Of a stretch of 64,000 nt of DNA, positions 26,635 to 39,882 are shown in pieces. This DNA comes from Octopus vulgaris (Eukaryota): the NCBI GenBank assembly GCA_951406725.2, contig OX597826.1, positions 32,922,001-32,986,000 on the forward strand, in the 5' to 3' direction. The first letter of the stretch is position 1; the number at the start of each line of letters is the position of its first letter. Both the position numbers and the translations under genes were made by a program. The notes under the pieces were generated by a model, which saw nothing but the letters and a program-made list of their open reading frames with translations, ran no database searches and was not told the DNA's origin.

Positions 26635-26714
26635 CCCTTACAGCTGTTTCAGTTATACTCAGTGAATTAATTAAATATTAAGTTCGTATTTCTGAGCATA
26701 ATATCTTCAGAGGG
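26635..26714 (-). ncRNA. Type I hammerhead ribozyme motif, intact core, extended stem II
   Basis: Minus strand reads CCCU CUGAAGA UAU UAUGCUCAG...CUGAGUAUA ACU GAA ACAGCUGU A AGGG. Stem III is palindromic and the triplet is GUA. Confidence 0.7.
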
Positions 26715-28524
26715 GAAAAAAATATACCCTTAGATGCTTTATATGTTTGTTTATGGATGCAGTATAGCAGACTGAATGATACTATTTTAAATGATACAAA
26801 ATCAAAATTACAAAACATATATAAATATATAATTTTACATTTTAAAATGCAAAATTATATTTTTAAGTATGTATTGCAATTTTAATCTTGTTTGTGAAAT
26901 GAAACAATTGTTGGAGAATATGTTGATTAATTAATTAATTAATTTATATCCATTAGATTTCACTGTTTTCTAACTTGATAAAAATGTTTGGTATTTTATG
27001 ATATTCTATATAATATATATTCATTGAAGAATTATCTCTTCAAAATTTAATATATTGAACCAGTGTATGTTGGATAGATATCCCTATAAGAGGTTTGAAT
27101 ATCCTCATTGCTACTATGTGTGTGTGTGTGTGTATGGATCAAGTGGAGCACGACAGATGTGTGATGAAAGACTTCCAGACAATGGACATAACATAAGATA
27201 AGAACAATAATAACAAAATGAAGAATGAATATATAGTGTGTGTGTGTTTATTTGGCAAGGAAAAAAAATGCCCATCCCAATACATAGCAATAGGCATGTG
27301 TGTGTGTATGTATATATACATATAAATATATATATATATGTATGTAGTATGTATGTATATGCATATATATATATATTCATGTATGCATGTATATATGCAT
27401 ACATGTACTCTCACACAAACACAAAACCATACAGATGTACATAGACATGAAACGCATGCATATAACATACATGTAGTATACACACACAGCACACCATTGA
27501 CACACACTCAATATACAAACTGCACATACACATAAACACACATCTACATATGCACACAAATAACTACTCACATATATAATTACATTTAAACACCATACAT
27601 GCACATGTGTATAATCACACATACACACATGTGCACTTGCACATACATACACACACACATACACAAACACGCATACATTCAAACTATATATATGTATTTA
27701 CACACACAATATAAAGGACTTAAGAAGTGATTCATCTCCTTAATTCCATATTCCACAGATCTGACCCCTTGATCATCATTTGGAGCTGCTGATGCTGTGG
27801 GAGATAGAAACCTTATCAAACATGCAGACCCTAACTAGCCACTCCCCATCCCGTTTCTGCTGCAACATGCACACACACTCACACACATATACATAGATAC
27901 ATATACATGCACATACACACTTACACACATACATTCATACATATACACATACATACCCACATATACACACACAAATACGTATATACACACATACATTCAT
28001 ACATATACACATACATACCCACATATATACACACAAATACGTATATACACACATACAAAAGCTTACACACACATACACACTTATACACATATGTTCACAT
28101 ATATACACGCACATACACACTTATACATATACGTTCATACATATGCACATACATACACACACATACACACGTGCACACTTATACACACACACATACATAT
28201 ATACACACATACACAAGCTTACACACATACACACACCATAAACTATAATGATAATAAAAAAATTGTATTGAAAATACTCCTCTTGATTAAAGCAGTTCAC
28301 TACCACCACTACAACCACAGCCACAACAACCACCAACAATAACAACATCAGCACCATAACTACCACCACCATCACCACCACTACTACCACCATCACCACC
28401 ACTACCACTAACATGACCATCTCCACTACCACCACCACCACTACCATCACTACCATCACCAACATCTTCCCCACCACAAGCACCATCACCATCACCACCA
28501 TCGCCACCACACCGCTACCATCAC

Positions 28525-28655
28525 CAGCACCACCATCTTCCCCACCACCACCATCTTCCCCACCACCACCATCTTCCCCACCACCACCATCTTCCCCACC
28601 ACCACCATCTTCCCTATCACCACCATCTTCCCTACCACCACCATCTTCCCCACCA
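28525..28655. repeat. 18-bp tandem repeat (CCACCATCTTCCCCACCA) x ~7 within an ACC-rich low-complexity tract
   Basis: Directly visible periodicity; translates as SSPPPP on the plus strand and GGGEDG on the minus strand. Confidence 0.85.
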
Positions 28656-29579
28656 CAAGCAACCCCCCCCCCCCCCGCATCCCCAGCACCACTCTCATTA
28701 CCAATACTACCACCAATACTACAATGAATACTTACCATCCTCTACCATCGCAATTACTATCACATCCACAACTACCATCACTGTAACCGCCAGCACCACA
28801 ACCACCACCATCGCCACCCCCACCAACACCAGCACCCTACCACTACTACTAGCGTTACTGCTACTGACACTGCTAACACAACCGCAACTGCTACTATGAC
28901 CACCACCACCATCACCACCACCACCACCGTCACCACCATCACCTCCACCACCATCACCACCACCACCATCACCACCATCACCACCACCACCATCACCACC
29001 ACTGCTGACAACAACAGTAACTGATGGCCACCTACCCCATTACTAACTCAATAAACTGTCCCCTAAATTAATTATCTGTCTAACATCTAAAGGAATATGA
29101 CCCTTATTCCTCTTCACCGGTGCTGCCCATTTTCCCAGTCCTGCTGCACTTGAAAGGGTTCAAATCTTACTCCAAGAAGACAAATGTATGGCAGTAACTG
29201 GAGCCATCCACTTTAATGCATGATTATAACAGAACTGATGAGGGAATTTCAAGGTGGTTGTTTGATGTGTTAGAAATAGCAACCAAATATCTCTCAAATC
29301 ACATAATTTCTGATATGAATATAAACATGATATAGTACATATATAGATTAAACATGCAAACACACACAAACACAAACACACACAAACACAAACACACACA
29401 CCTATACATCCATCCATCCATGCATACATACATAAAAAGCTAATTCAAATACTACAGGTCTAATCTGTCACTGGAAGTGTAAAAATCTGTAAAACTTCCT
29501 AGAAGTTTAGCATTTATTAAATATATATTAGTCTGTTAAGATACACAACTATATGTATGTATGTATGAGAATACATACA

Positions 29580-29645
<66 letters not shown>

Positions 29646-29796
29646 CGTATGAGCAGGCATGCTTATGTGTTTGCTATGAACTTTTAACCTTATTTTAATT
29701 AGCGGTCATTGAATTAGCGCTTTTATATAAGTAGCGGACTATAACACAGTAATTTCCCTTTGTATAAAGGTCTTTTTTCATAGCATTTTTCAGATG

Positions 29797-29866
29797 GCCA
29801 GATAAACGAAGAGATGGTGTTGTGGATTTCCACCTCGGCATCCGAAACTCAGAGTTTTATCTTGGC
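29797..29866 (+). ncRNA. Degenerate hammerhead-like motif
   Basis: GCCAGATAA ACGAAGA GATG...CATCC GAAACTCAGAGT T TTATCTTGGC. Stems I-III pair, but core positions 3-4 are non-canonical. Confidence 0.45.
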
Positions 29867-29965
29867 GACTGAATAATTGTCACATATTATTTTACAGATA
29901 AATTTCCTTTATTTACATAATATTGAGGTCTCTTTCTTTCTTTTGTTATCTTACCATTTTTACTA

Positions 29966-30004
<39 letters not shown>

Positions 30005-31779
30005 CTAAAGGAAGCCTTTCTGCATAGGAGCTAGAACCAGATGGAAATAGGAGTTGAGTGTCCCTCAAGTCACAACCTATTGTTTTACTTCTGAGCCATG
30101 CAGGGAACAATTTTATCCTGAGTGCCTTTCATTTAAAAAAAAAAAGGGGCATGATAGCCATGGCTGGAATGCCTTTGATCATAGGTTTGTTCAATTAAAG
30201 CTAACCTGCTTTAAACCACAACAATTGAGAATACTAACAGTAACAACAACAATTATTCTAAACTAACAAGTTCCATGTAACTAAATGATATTTTTATTTC
30301 AGTAGCCTTTAAACACAAACACACATACACACATATATGCTTGCACAGAATCACCCATACACATACATATATTCCTTGCCAACTCAATATATGATGTACC
30401 AATTCAATACATGATCTACTTCAAAAATCTCATTTTAAATGTAAAAAAAAATTTAATCCTCCTTTGAGGGAGATTTGGCTGCTGTTTAATCCTCATTGGT
30501 TCCCTCTTTCTTTACGTCTCTGCTTGTCTGTAATGCGGTGTTTTGTTAGTAAAAATTAGTTCTTTCTTCCATAAAAATACTTCCTGACCTCTCTAGTTGG
30601 TTCATCAACGGCAGAGAAAAGAAGTGAGAAAGAGAGGGGGAGGGGGGATAGAGATAGACAGATAGAGAGAGGGAGAGGGGGGTGAAATAGAGAGAGAGAG
30701 AGAGAGAGCAGTAGATGACATACTCTTCCTTTTCCTTCCTTTTGTGAGATTTTTCTAAGAAGAATTTCTCTCCCTTCTTCCCTACAATCTGTTTTCTGAT
30801 ATTCAGTTTTATTTTCTGCCCCCTTTTTTTCCCCTCCCCACTTATCTTCGCCACTCCCCCTAATTTCACACTCTCACACAACTCCGCCTACCCCAACCCT
30901 TTTTATCCAACATTCTCCTTGTATTTTCCAATATTAATGCTACTTTTTGTACTAGTGGAGGAAAATGGTAGCTCTGATTGAAATACCTCTCTCCCCCCCA
31001 CACATTCTCTCTCTCTCATATACACACACACACTATTTCGTCACACACACAGACACACACGCACACATACACATGTGCACACACCACCTGAACAAGCATA
31101 CATCAACTGCTACACACAACACACAGACACACACGTTAGACTCACTTGCCCCCATTCACACATACCTACTCACATACATAATTCTTACATATACACACAT
31201 GCTTACGCACCTTAGTTCATTGGGGTCACCATTACCTTTACTGTTATTATTATCTCCCTTTTGTTCAACCTCTTTGTTCCAGTCATCTTGCCATGTCGGA
31301 CCATTGAACTCTGCATTTTTCTCTCCAGTTTTTACATTCTCTTTCCATATTTGTCCTCTGAATCCTTTCTCTCGAAGAACGTAGGCTGAAAACGTAAAAG
31401 ACTTTCCCATTTTTCCCAAATTTAAACTAATACACCTGTTTGTTGTTCTTACACTTGTCTTCATCTTTTGTTTTCTGTAAATTTGGACCATATATATACA
31501 TATGCATATATATATGTATTTATGTATGTGTGCATGTAAGTTTGTATGTGCATACACACACACATATGTATGTATAAATATTTGATATATTTGTAGTGTT
31601 GAGTAGTTTATTCCTTGTTATATCATACAGAAAGTTACCATTGGTTTTATGCCTACTGTAGCACTTGGAAAACTGATGACTCTTCAAATATCCTGGCTGG
31701 AAGTACAAATCCTCTTCAGTGCTAGAGGTAAATATACAGTCTTGATTAATTGGTGTTGAAAAAAAAGTGAAAGAAGAGT

Positions 31780-32177
31780 TGTCTCTCATTGTATCATTCC
31801 AGCCAGGGGGTCACTTGTGTTTTCCTGAACTAAAGAAGAGACATTTTTTGTTGTCCTCATGAGAGAAAATATGCATTAACAGCTAAAGGAATATCCTCAA
31901 TAGTCTCATTTGCATTTCACTAAATTTGCTGTTTTCAGAAATTCTTAAGTTGGAGCTAGAATTGTGGTTTTCATTAACCCCATTATTTGATGGTATTTAT
32001 TTTGATCTACAACCTGAGGGGAGCAAAACAAAGTCACCACCAGCAGGAATGAAACTCAGATGGTAAAAGGATATAACTACTACCCTGGGTTCAAATTCAT
32101 TTAGTCAAAGTAGAAATCTGCAGAAATCTGCATGTTGTGCATTCTAATATGTACCTGTCTGTCTGCCTGTTTGTCTA

Positions 32178-32210
<33 letters not shown>

Positions 32211-33364
32211 ATGTATGTATGTATGCATATATGAGTGTATATGTACGAGGGTGAGTCAAAAAGTAATGCCATTTTGTTTAGGACAGGTATAATTACCAAC
32301 GCAGGAATATGTATCATACATCAAAATGAAGCTGGTCCTCTGTGGATCACATCCCTACTTCTCAACATAGTTACCATTTCTCTCAATAGCAATGTTCCAC
32401 CTTTGAATGAGAGTATGTATCCCTGCCCTGTAAAATTCTGTTGACTGTTTTTTGAGCCACTTTTTCACTACAGTTTTCACTTCCTCTTCACTGGAATAAT
32501 GTTTGCCTCTCAAACCCTCTATAATCTAAAGTATTGTCCTCAAATACATTTTGTTATCATCGGTGAATGTTCACAGGGGTTTCTCCTCAGCAACAAGAAA
32601 TTCAATCACTGCTGTTTGTTTTTGACTTAACTCTAAGGGGGCAGCCATTTTGAATTTTCCTTACCAGTCCAAAAACTGTGAATGATATAATCATTTATAA
32701 CTGGGAAAATTTTCAGTTATTTTTATCAAAAACTTCACATGAAATAAAGAAAATGGCATTACCCTTTAACTCACCCTCATATTAACAAATAAGTAAGTGA
32801 AAATTAAAGATTTGGCATTAGATAAGATGAAAAGTCCACAAACTTTCTAAGAATTCATAAATGAAGTATGGCCTTTATAAGAGCTGATATATTGCAAAAG
32901 GAACGGCTTGATGGAATGGAAGGTGAAAATATGGTGAAAATCCTGAGACTTTATTTCAAGCAAAAATGAAACAGATTATGATAATTTGGGGAATAATAAA
33001 ATATGAGATTCACAAAACTTCGAAGTCTGGATATATAAATATGTTTATAAGATGAGGGAGAGATTGAAGATGTCCAAAGTTTTGCTGTTGAACATAACAA
33101 GAAAGATATGCACTTTAAGACAGTGTAACACACATGCACACACACACACACATATCTATATATAAATATATATGCATGTGTGTATACATATGATGTACAT
33201 ATATATACTATGTGAATTTAGTGAAATGCAGACAAGACTGCTGAGGATATTCCTTTAGCTGTTAATGCATATTTTCTCTCATGAGGGCAGCAACAAAAAA
33301 TGTCTCTTTTTTAGTTCAGTAAAACACAACTGAGCCCCTGGCTGGAATCATGCAATGAGAGACA
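31780..33364. repeat. ~150-bp inverted repeat pair (31780-31927 and 33214-33364)
   Basis: For example, CTCATGAGAGAAAATATGCATTAACAGCTAAAGGAATATCCTCA appears as its exact reverse complement near 33242-33285. Confidence 0.9.
32244..32781 (-). mobile_element. Internally deleted mariner (538 bp)
   Basis: TA-flanked TIRs CGAGGGTGAGTCAAAAAGTAATGCCATTTT and (reverse complement) TGAGGGTGAGTTAAAGGGTAATGCCATTTT. Minus-strand remnants QKQTAVIEFLVAEE (N-terminal) and WLKKQSTEFYRAGIHTLIQRWNIAIERNGNYVEK* (C-terminal). Confidence 0.9.
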
Positions 33365-33913
33365 GTATATTGTGTTATATCATAATATAAATACATTATT
33401 GGATTGTCAATTGAATCTCTCTGTTTAATTTATTGTGTGCATATTATATATATATACTTTATATGAACACAACAGCATTGCTAAGGCGCAAAGAAAATGT
33501 CAGCTGCACAAGTCCAGAACCAAGTCCTCATCTTCACTCCCATCAGAATACAGCGTCCAACCTGTGGAAGAGCCTTCAGAGCATGCATCAGACTGACCAT
33601 CTACAGTTGGACACACACACACACATATATATATACATTTAACACAAATATTATATGTATTTAAATATGTAACATGTATATTATATATCATCACCATCAC
33701 TATCATTTTCTTCTTCTTCATCATCATCATCATCTTCCTTTAAGGTCTGTGGATGGTTTGACAAGGAGCTGGCAAGCAGAGAAGCTGCACCAAGTTCCAC
33801 TTGCTTCGTTCTGGCTGGGTTTCTATGGCTGGATGCCCTTCCTAACGTCAACCACTTTACAGAGTGTACTGGGTGCTTTTATGTGGACCAACACAGGATA
33901 TATTATATAAATC

Positions 33914-33945
<32 letters not shown>

Positions 33946-34074
33946 TATTACACATATTTCATATTTATTGATATTGATATAATACTTGCATGTAAATATA
34001 CACATACATACACAGATTTAAATATGTGCATGTATATGCATATTTATATGCAAGTATGTATGTACATGTATGAG

Positions 34075-34310
34075 TATTATTTACATTTGTACATTATTTA
34101 CATTATTTACATTTGATGGATATTTGTCCTCATCTTGTTTGTTGCTAACACATTTCGGCTGATATACCCTCCAGCCTTCATCAGGTGTCTTGGTAAAATT
34201 TTGAACTTGGGTTCTCATTGCTAAGGTTTTTTTCAGTGTTGTTATTATTATTATTCTGAACTCGAAATCTTGGGGCTAGTAGCCTGTGCTCTTAACCACT
34301 ATGCCATATG
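34075..34310 (-). mobile_element. PLE pseudo-LTR-like repeat with a hammerhead motif at 34147-34189
   Basis: Minus strand reads GACAC CTGATGA A GGCTGG..TCAGCC GAAA T GTGTT (stem III deleted), followed by a (TGTAAATAA)n end. The same 3' end occurs at 56364-56430(+). Confidence 0.6.
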
Positions 34311-35057
34311 CCCAGAGGAAATTATGGAGTGAATTTTAGGGATTATCAATCTAATATTTTCCTAGTTTTCTTTACATTTACATTTGTGTTTCTCTGAAAA
34401 TCTCAAATTCCGAAGCAATAAAGCTCTAGTCCTCTCTCCTCTCAACAAACCATCCATTGGCTTTACACTTTCAGAAGTATGTGAAATGAAAGATCCTTTA
34501 CTTAAAAAGCAAGGGTTAGTGACAGGAAGAGCATCAGGTTATAAAACAATATCTTGATGATATACTCCTCTAACTCATGCTAGCATGGGACAACAGATGT
34601 AAATATGAACAAATGAAAGTATTTTTACATACAGTTTGTATTCTACTTGCAAGTCTGTTGAAAGTGGTTTGGTTCTTTCAACTCTGTTGATTCCATAGTT
34701 TCAAATATTTGGTCTTGTTCTTATTATCAGAAACAGACTGAACTTTGGTTAACTTCAACAGACGGAGCAATTCTCTCTTAATTGAAATACCTTAATGAAT
34801 TAACACATACACCATCTTTGCCAATTATTTTGTTCATCTATCGATGGAGGGTCTTTCTCTCTCACCCTCTGCGTAAATATATGTGTGTGTGTATGTGTGT
34901 ACGTGCATGTGTGTGTATGCATATTTATATATATATATATACATACATATGCATATAAACATAGTTATATGTACATATACACACACACATATGTATACAT
35001 ATACATATATATTGATATATATATATATAAGTATATATATATATGCGCATTTATGTA

Positions 35058-35088
<31 letters not shown>

Positions 35089-35264
35089 CTTTATAAATAT
35101 ATATGTTTATACACACACGCAAATAAAAGAATATCAATCATTCTGCCAATGTATCTATCCATCTATTTATCTTTCTACTTATCTTTCTCTCTCTGATGCT
35201 CTGTCTCTCACATTCTCTCTCTCTCTCTCACTATCTGTTTTTCTCTCTGTCTTTCTATCTGTCC

Positions 35265-35334
<70 letters not shown>

Positions 35335-35689
35335 ATATATATATATATATCTATCTATCAATTACTCCATCCATGCATCAGCCTATATATATACACACAT
35401 ATTTGATCTCTCTCTTCATATACATATATATGTGAAATAAGCAGAGATAGTGAAAGGAAGTATCTAGGTGGGGGTAGCGTCTACAAGCAAATATTTATAT
35501 ATTTTGGGACATAAGTACTCACATGAATATACATTAGTATACTTCTGTCTTTTTGTTTTTATGTATTGTATCTCTGCAAGTACTCTCTGCTTTGGTTAGG
35601 AAATCAATACATGACGCTGAACCATACACACACAATTATACAATCACACACACACACATAGTTCTATGTATACTCATAATATGCACATG

Positions 35690-35721
<32 letters not shown>

Positions 35722-35905
35722 GTATACTATATCGTTATCATCACTATCATTTAGTATTCTATATATATATATAAGTATATATATGCACATTTATATATAT
35801 ATACATATATGTACACACATATACATAAAGCATATCTATATATGTATGTATATATATATATATATATATACATACACATGCATACACACACATACATATA
35901 CATAC

Positions 35906-35936
<31 letters not shown>

Positions 35937-35964
35937 CATACATGCGTATATACACACACACACA

Positions 35965-36010
<46 letters not shown>

Positions 36011-36660
36011 CATATATACAATACATATATATATACATACATATATATATATATATATATATTTATGATTATATGTGTACATAGAAACATACTTATAACT
36101 ATTTATATACTTTAACTGCTTGGCAAGGAATTAGATCTATTTTGTCAGCTAAAAGGAACTTCAGATGGCGCTTAGTAGCTGTTTGGCAGAAGTCCCAGTG
36201 AAGTTGAGTGTAAGTAACAGATTGTCTTGGCTCAATTTATTTCCTGGTCAGTAAGAGAGGTGTTTCGATGATTCTTATTTCATACACTCGAAATCACCCG
36301 ATCAGCCATAACTTGAATCGAAATGAGAATTGATGTCATCATATTGTAAAATCTATAAAAATGACAAAGAAATCAGATAAGCAACATTTATATGGTTTGT
36401 TTTTATGAAATAATTCTATATTAACGATTGAACTCAAAGAAAATTTTTCTTTAAATATTAGTTTATTGAAAATTATATTAAAAATTCTTTGGACAGAAAA
36501 GGAAAAAAATTATTAATTTAAAACTGCCGACAGGGATTGAACTGGGTATCTTTTTTTTAATGGAGATCAGTGTGTTAATAATTACTTTAAATCAACTTTT
36601 GCTCTGCTTTTGCACAAATTGAATGTTTTAATCTTACCAGTGTGAAAGTTTCTTTACATT

Positions 36661-36875
36661 TTTTCAGATATTGGCAGAAGGCAGAAAATCCAGGAGTTGG
36701 GGAAGAGGAGCTGATTACATTGAGCCCAGTGCTTGACTGCTTCTTTTTTTATTGGCCCTGAAACGATGAAAACAAAGTCTACCTTGGCAGAATTTGAACT
36801 CAGAATGTAAAACCAGATGAAATGTTGCTGATCACTTTGTCCAATTTGCTAACGATTCTGCCTGCTCACGGCTTT
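36661..36875 (-). mobile_element. SINE family B with TSD
   Basis: Flanked by AAAGTTTCTTTACATT (36645-60) and AAAGTTTGTTTACATT (36876-91). Confidence 0.85.
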
Positions 36876-36926
36876 AAAGTTTGTTTACATTGAGAGCATT
36901 AGTGTAGAAGCATCAAGAAATATATA

Positions 36927-37153
36927 TGTTTCTTTACTACCCACAAGGGGCTAAACATAGAGGGGACAAACAAGGACAGACAAACGAATTAAGTCGATTA
37001 CATCGACCCCAGTGCGTAACTGGTACTTAATTTATTGACCCTGAAAGGATGAAACGCAAAGTTGACCTCGGTGGAATTTGAACTCAGAACGTAGCGGGCA
37101 GACGAAATACGGCTATGCATTTCGTTCGGTATGCTAACAGTTCAGCCAGCTCA
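36927..37153 (-). mobile_element. SINE family B (young subfamily) with perfect 16-bp TSD
   Basis: CATCAAGAAATATATA at 36911-36926 and 37154-37169. Confidence 0.92.
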
Positions 37154-37971
37154 CATCAAGAAATATATAAATAAAGTTTTTCTTAATGACACATCTCAGT
37201 GTGATTCATTTATAAATAATAGATTTTGATATGTTTGTTTGTTTCTGTACGTTTTTGTGTTCATTATAGCAAATGTTAACTTTATCTTTCATCCTTTTGG
37301 TGTTGATAAAATTGAATATCAGTGAAGGGCTGTGGATCTGCTGTTTTATTAGAATGTCAGATGTGATCATTTGTGATATCTGTTCCAGCTTTTTGCACTT
37401 TGAATTAAAATTTTCCCTGCTATCAGTGGTTGCCTTATAGTGAGAAATACGTCCTCCAGGACCCAGTTAATGATGATAAGCCTTCATTATCTGATGGAAC
37501 AACACTTCAATAGAAGCAACATCGTGTTGCATCAATACAAATGAGTGGACCTAACAGAAACCACGATAAATGAAGGGACACAAAAAATACGTTCTTTATA
37601 GTCCTCAATAATATTTTGAAGTGTTCCATAATTAATCAGGTTCAATAATAAAAGACTATCTAAAACAATAGATCAGGGTTGATTGGCATCAATATTGGCC
37701 TTTCTCAGTTCTAGGTGGTTCATTTGCAGTATCCTAAAAGTGGCAAACAAAGTAACAAGTAGTATTTATTCCAGCACTTAGGATTCTTAGTTCAAATCAT
37801 TACCAAGACCAGCTTTAAATTTAATCTTCTGGGGAAGAGAAAATAAGTAAAAAGAATTAATTACTAGAATCAATTTTTCTATCTGTTCTCTCTATCGTTC
37901 TCTCTCTTGCATTCTTTCTCCCTCACTCTCATTTTCTATCTCTGTATATACATATATATATATATATATTT

Positions 37972-38135
37972 GAAGATGTACTTCCATAGCAAGTGACCTG
38001 ATCTGAGATTGTGTGCTGGAATGAACACATACAAAACCATTAGATTTACTTCAACATTTAAATTTAATTTGCCAAAATATTTTCGTCGCTTTCAGACCAC
38101 GACCTGTTCACTGACAAAATTCCATGCTTGCATCT
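37972..38135 (-). mobile_element. PLE pseudo-LTR-like repeat (G3:C8 hammerhead family)
   Basis: Reverse-complement homolog of 39155-39356, ending at (TA)n. Confidence 0.7.
38068..38118 (-). ncRNA. Minimal type I hammerhead motif with G3:C8 compensatory core
   Basis: Minus strand reads UUUGUCA GUGAACA G GUCGU[ggucugaaa]GCGAC GAA AAUAUU U UGGCAAA, giving a 7-bp stem I, a 5-bp stem II and a palindromic stem III. Confidence 0.7.
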
Positions 38136-38649
38136 GTGAAAGTAACAGATAGTTCATGATATATATGTACGTATGTATGTGTGTATGTATGTATGTATGT
38201 ATGTATGTATGTATGTATGTATGTATGTATGTATGTATATATATATGTATGTGTGTGTACATGTGTGTGCATATGCATATGTCTACATGCATATATATAT
38301 ATATATATTACTGTGTGTATGTATGTGTATATATATATATGCACACATACACACACAGTAATCCCTTGCCATATTCTGGTTTACCTACTACGGTTTATTA
38401 TTTAAGCTAATGTCGATTCTTCCATGGTGTTGTTTTGCAATTATAATAAAATAAATATATACATATGTATATCTATATATATATACATACATACATATAT
38501 ATATATATAATGATTCACAATCAAGGTGCAGAAATGGCATATTCCGAATGAAGAAGGTAATGTAATCTGATGGTAGAAAGAATTCCATGAATTAAGTACT
38601 CCAAAGTCAAGCAGAAGGCCGGGGGTCTCCGTGAGCATGCGGTAAATAG

Positions 38650-38850
38650 TAAATCCAAACAAACGAAGAACAAACACAAAAAAACAACAACGCGAGGACA
38701 TGGCACATGTAAAGCATTAACAGATGCCCAGGGAAAGAAAGAAAGAAAGGTGGTTTAACGTTTGGAGTAATGCTCTTCTTCAGAAACAAAGGAGAGTCTG
38801 ATAGAAAAGGAAAATATGGAGGAAAAAAATTGCCAATGATTCACATGTGG
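38650..38850 (-). mobile_element. PLE pseudo-LTR-like repeat with a degenerate hammerhead at 38753-38787
   Basis: Minus strand reads GTTT CTGAAGA A GAGC ATT ACTC CAA ACGT T AAAC (G12 mutated to C). The flanks resemble the A6U family. Confidence 0.6.
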
Positions 38851-39099
38851 TTATATTTTGAAATGACCAGAAGGGAATGGGTGAAGAAAAGTTCTTTCTA
38901 AGACAGGAGAGTGTAAGAGAAGGACGTATGTGTGGGTATGTGCTTGCGCACAAGTGTGTGTGGGTGTATATGTGTGTGTGGTGTTGGCTGCTTATGTGTA
39001 TGTGTGAGTGAACTTTGTCTCTTAATGTTGTAAAGACACAGTATTTTGTTTGCAATTAATATTTACCTGCTAGTTCCTCTTCCCAGTATATAATATGTA

Positions 39100-39355
39100 T
39101 TCGTCGCTTTAAGACCGCGACCTGTTCGCTGACAAAAATCCATGCTGCATCCAAGATGCAGCACGGATTTTTGTCAGTGAACAGGTCGCAGTCTTAAAGC
39201 GCCGAAAATATTTCGACAATTTAAACTTAAATGTTGAAGTGAATCGAACGGCTTTTGTGTGTTTCTTAAATGGCTTTCAAACACCTTCCACGCTGCAATT
39301 GTTTTCATTTCAGCACACGATCTCAGATCAAATCACTTGCTATGCAAGTACATCT

Positions 39356-39356
<1 letters not shown>
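39100..39356 (+). mobile_element. PLE pseudo-LTR-like repeat with a 5' inverted copy (hairpin 39100-39206)
   Basis: 52-bp arms around a 3-nt loop (CAA, 39152-54). The GTGAACA core is at 39177-83. Confidence 0.75.
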
Positions 39357-39424
<68 letters not shown>

Positions 39425-39470
39425 ATACACATTATATATATATATATACATATATACATATATATATTTT

Positions 39471-39882
39471 ATTCTTTTACTTGTTTCAATCATTTGACTT
39501 CTGCCATTCTGGAGCACTGCCTTTAGTCAAATAAAATGACCCCAGGACTTATTCTTTGTAAGCCTAGTACTTATTCTATCGGCCTCTATTACTGAACTGC
39601 TAAACACACCAGCATCAGTTGTCAAGTGATGGTGGGGGAGGGGGGACAAGCACAGACACACAAACACACACACACACATAAACACACACACATACACACA
39701 CACACACATATATATATATATACGATGGCTTCTTTCAGTTTCCGTCTACCAAATCCACCCACAAGGCTTTGGTTGGCTGAAGGCTATAGTAGAAGACACT
39801 TACCCAAGGTGCAATGCAGTGGGACTGAACCCGGAACCATGTTGTTGGTAAGCAAGCTTCTTACCACACAGACACTCCTGCG
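39471..39882 (-). mobile_element. SINE family A
   Basis: Colinear copy. Confidence 0.88.

Noticed and set aside
28121-29014. Extensin-like SPPPP and Gly-rich ORFs
   Set aside because: This is an ACC-based low-complexity tract open on both strands, with no signal peptide or splice support.
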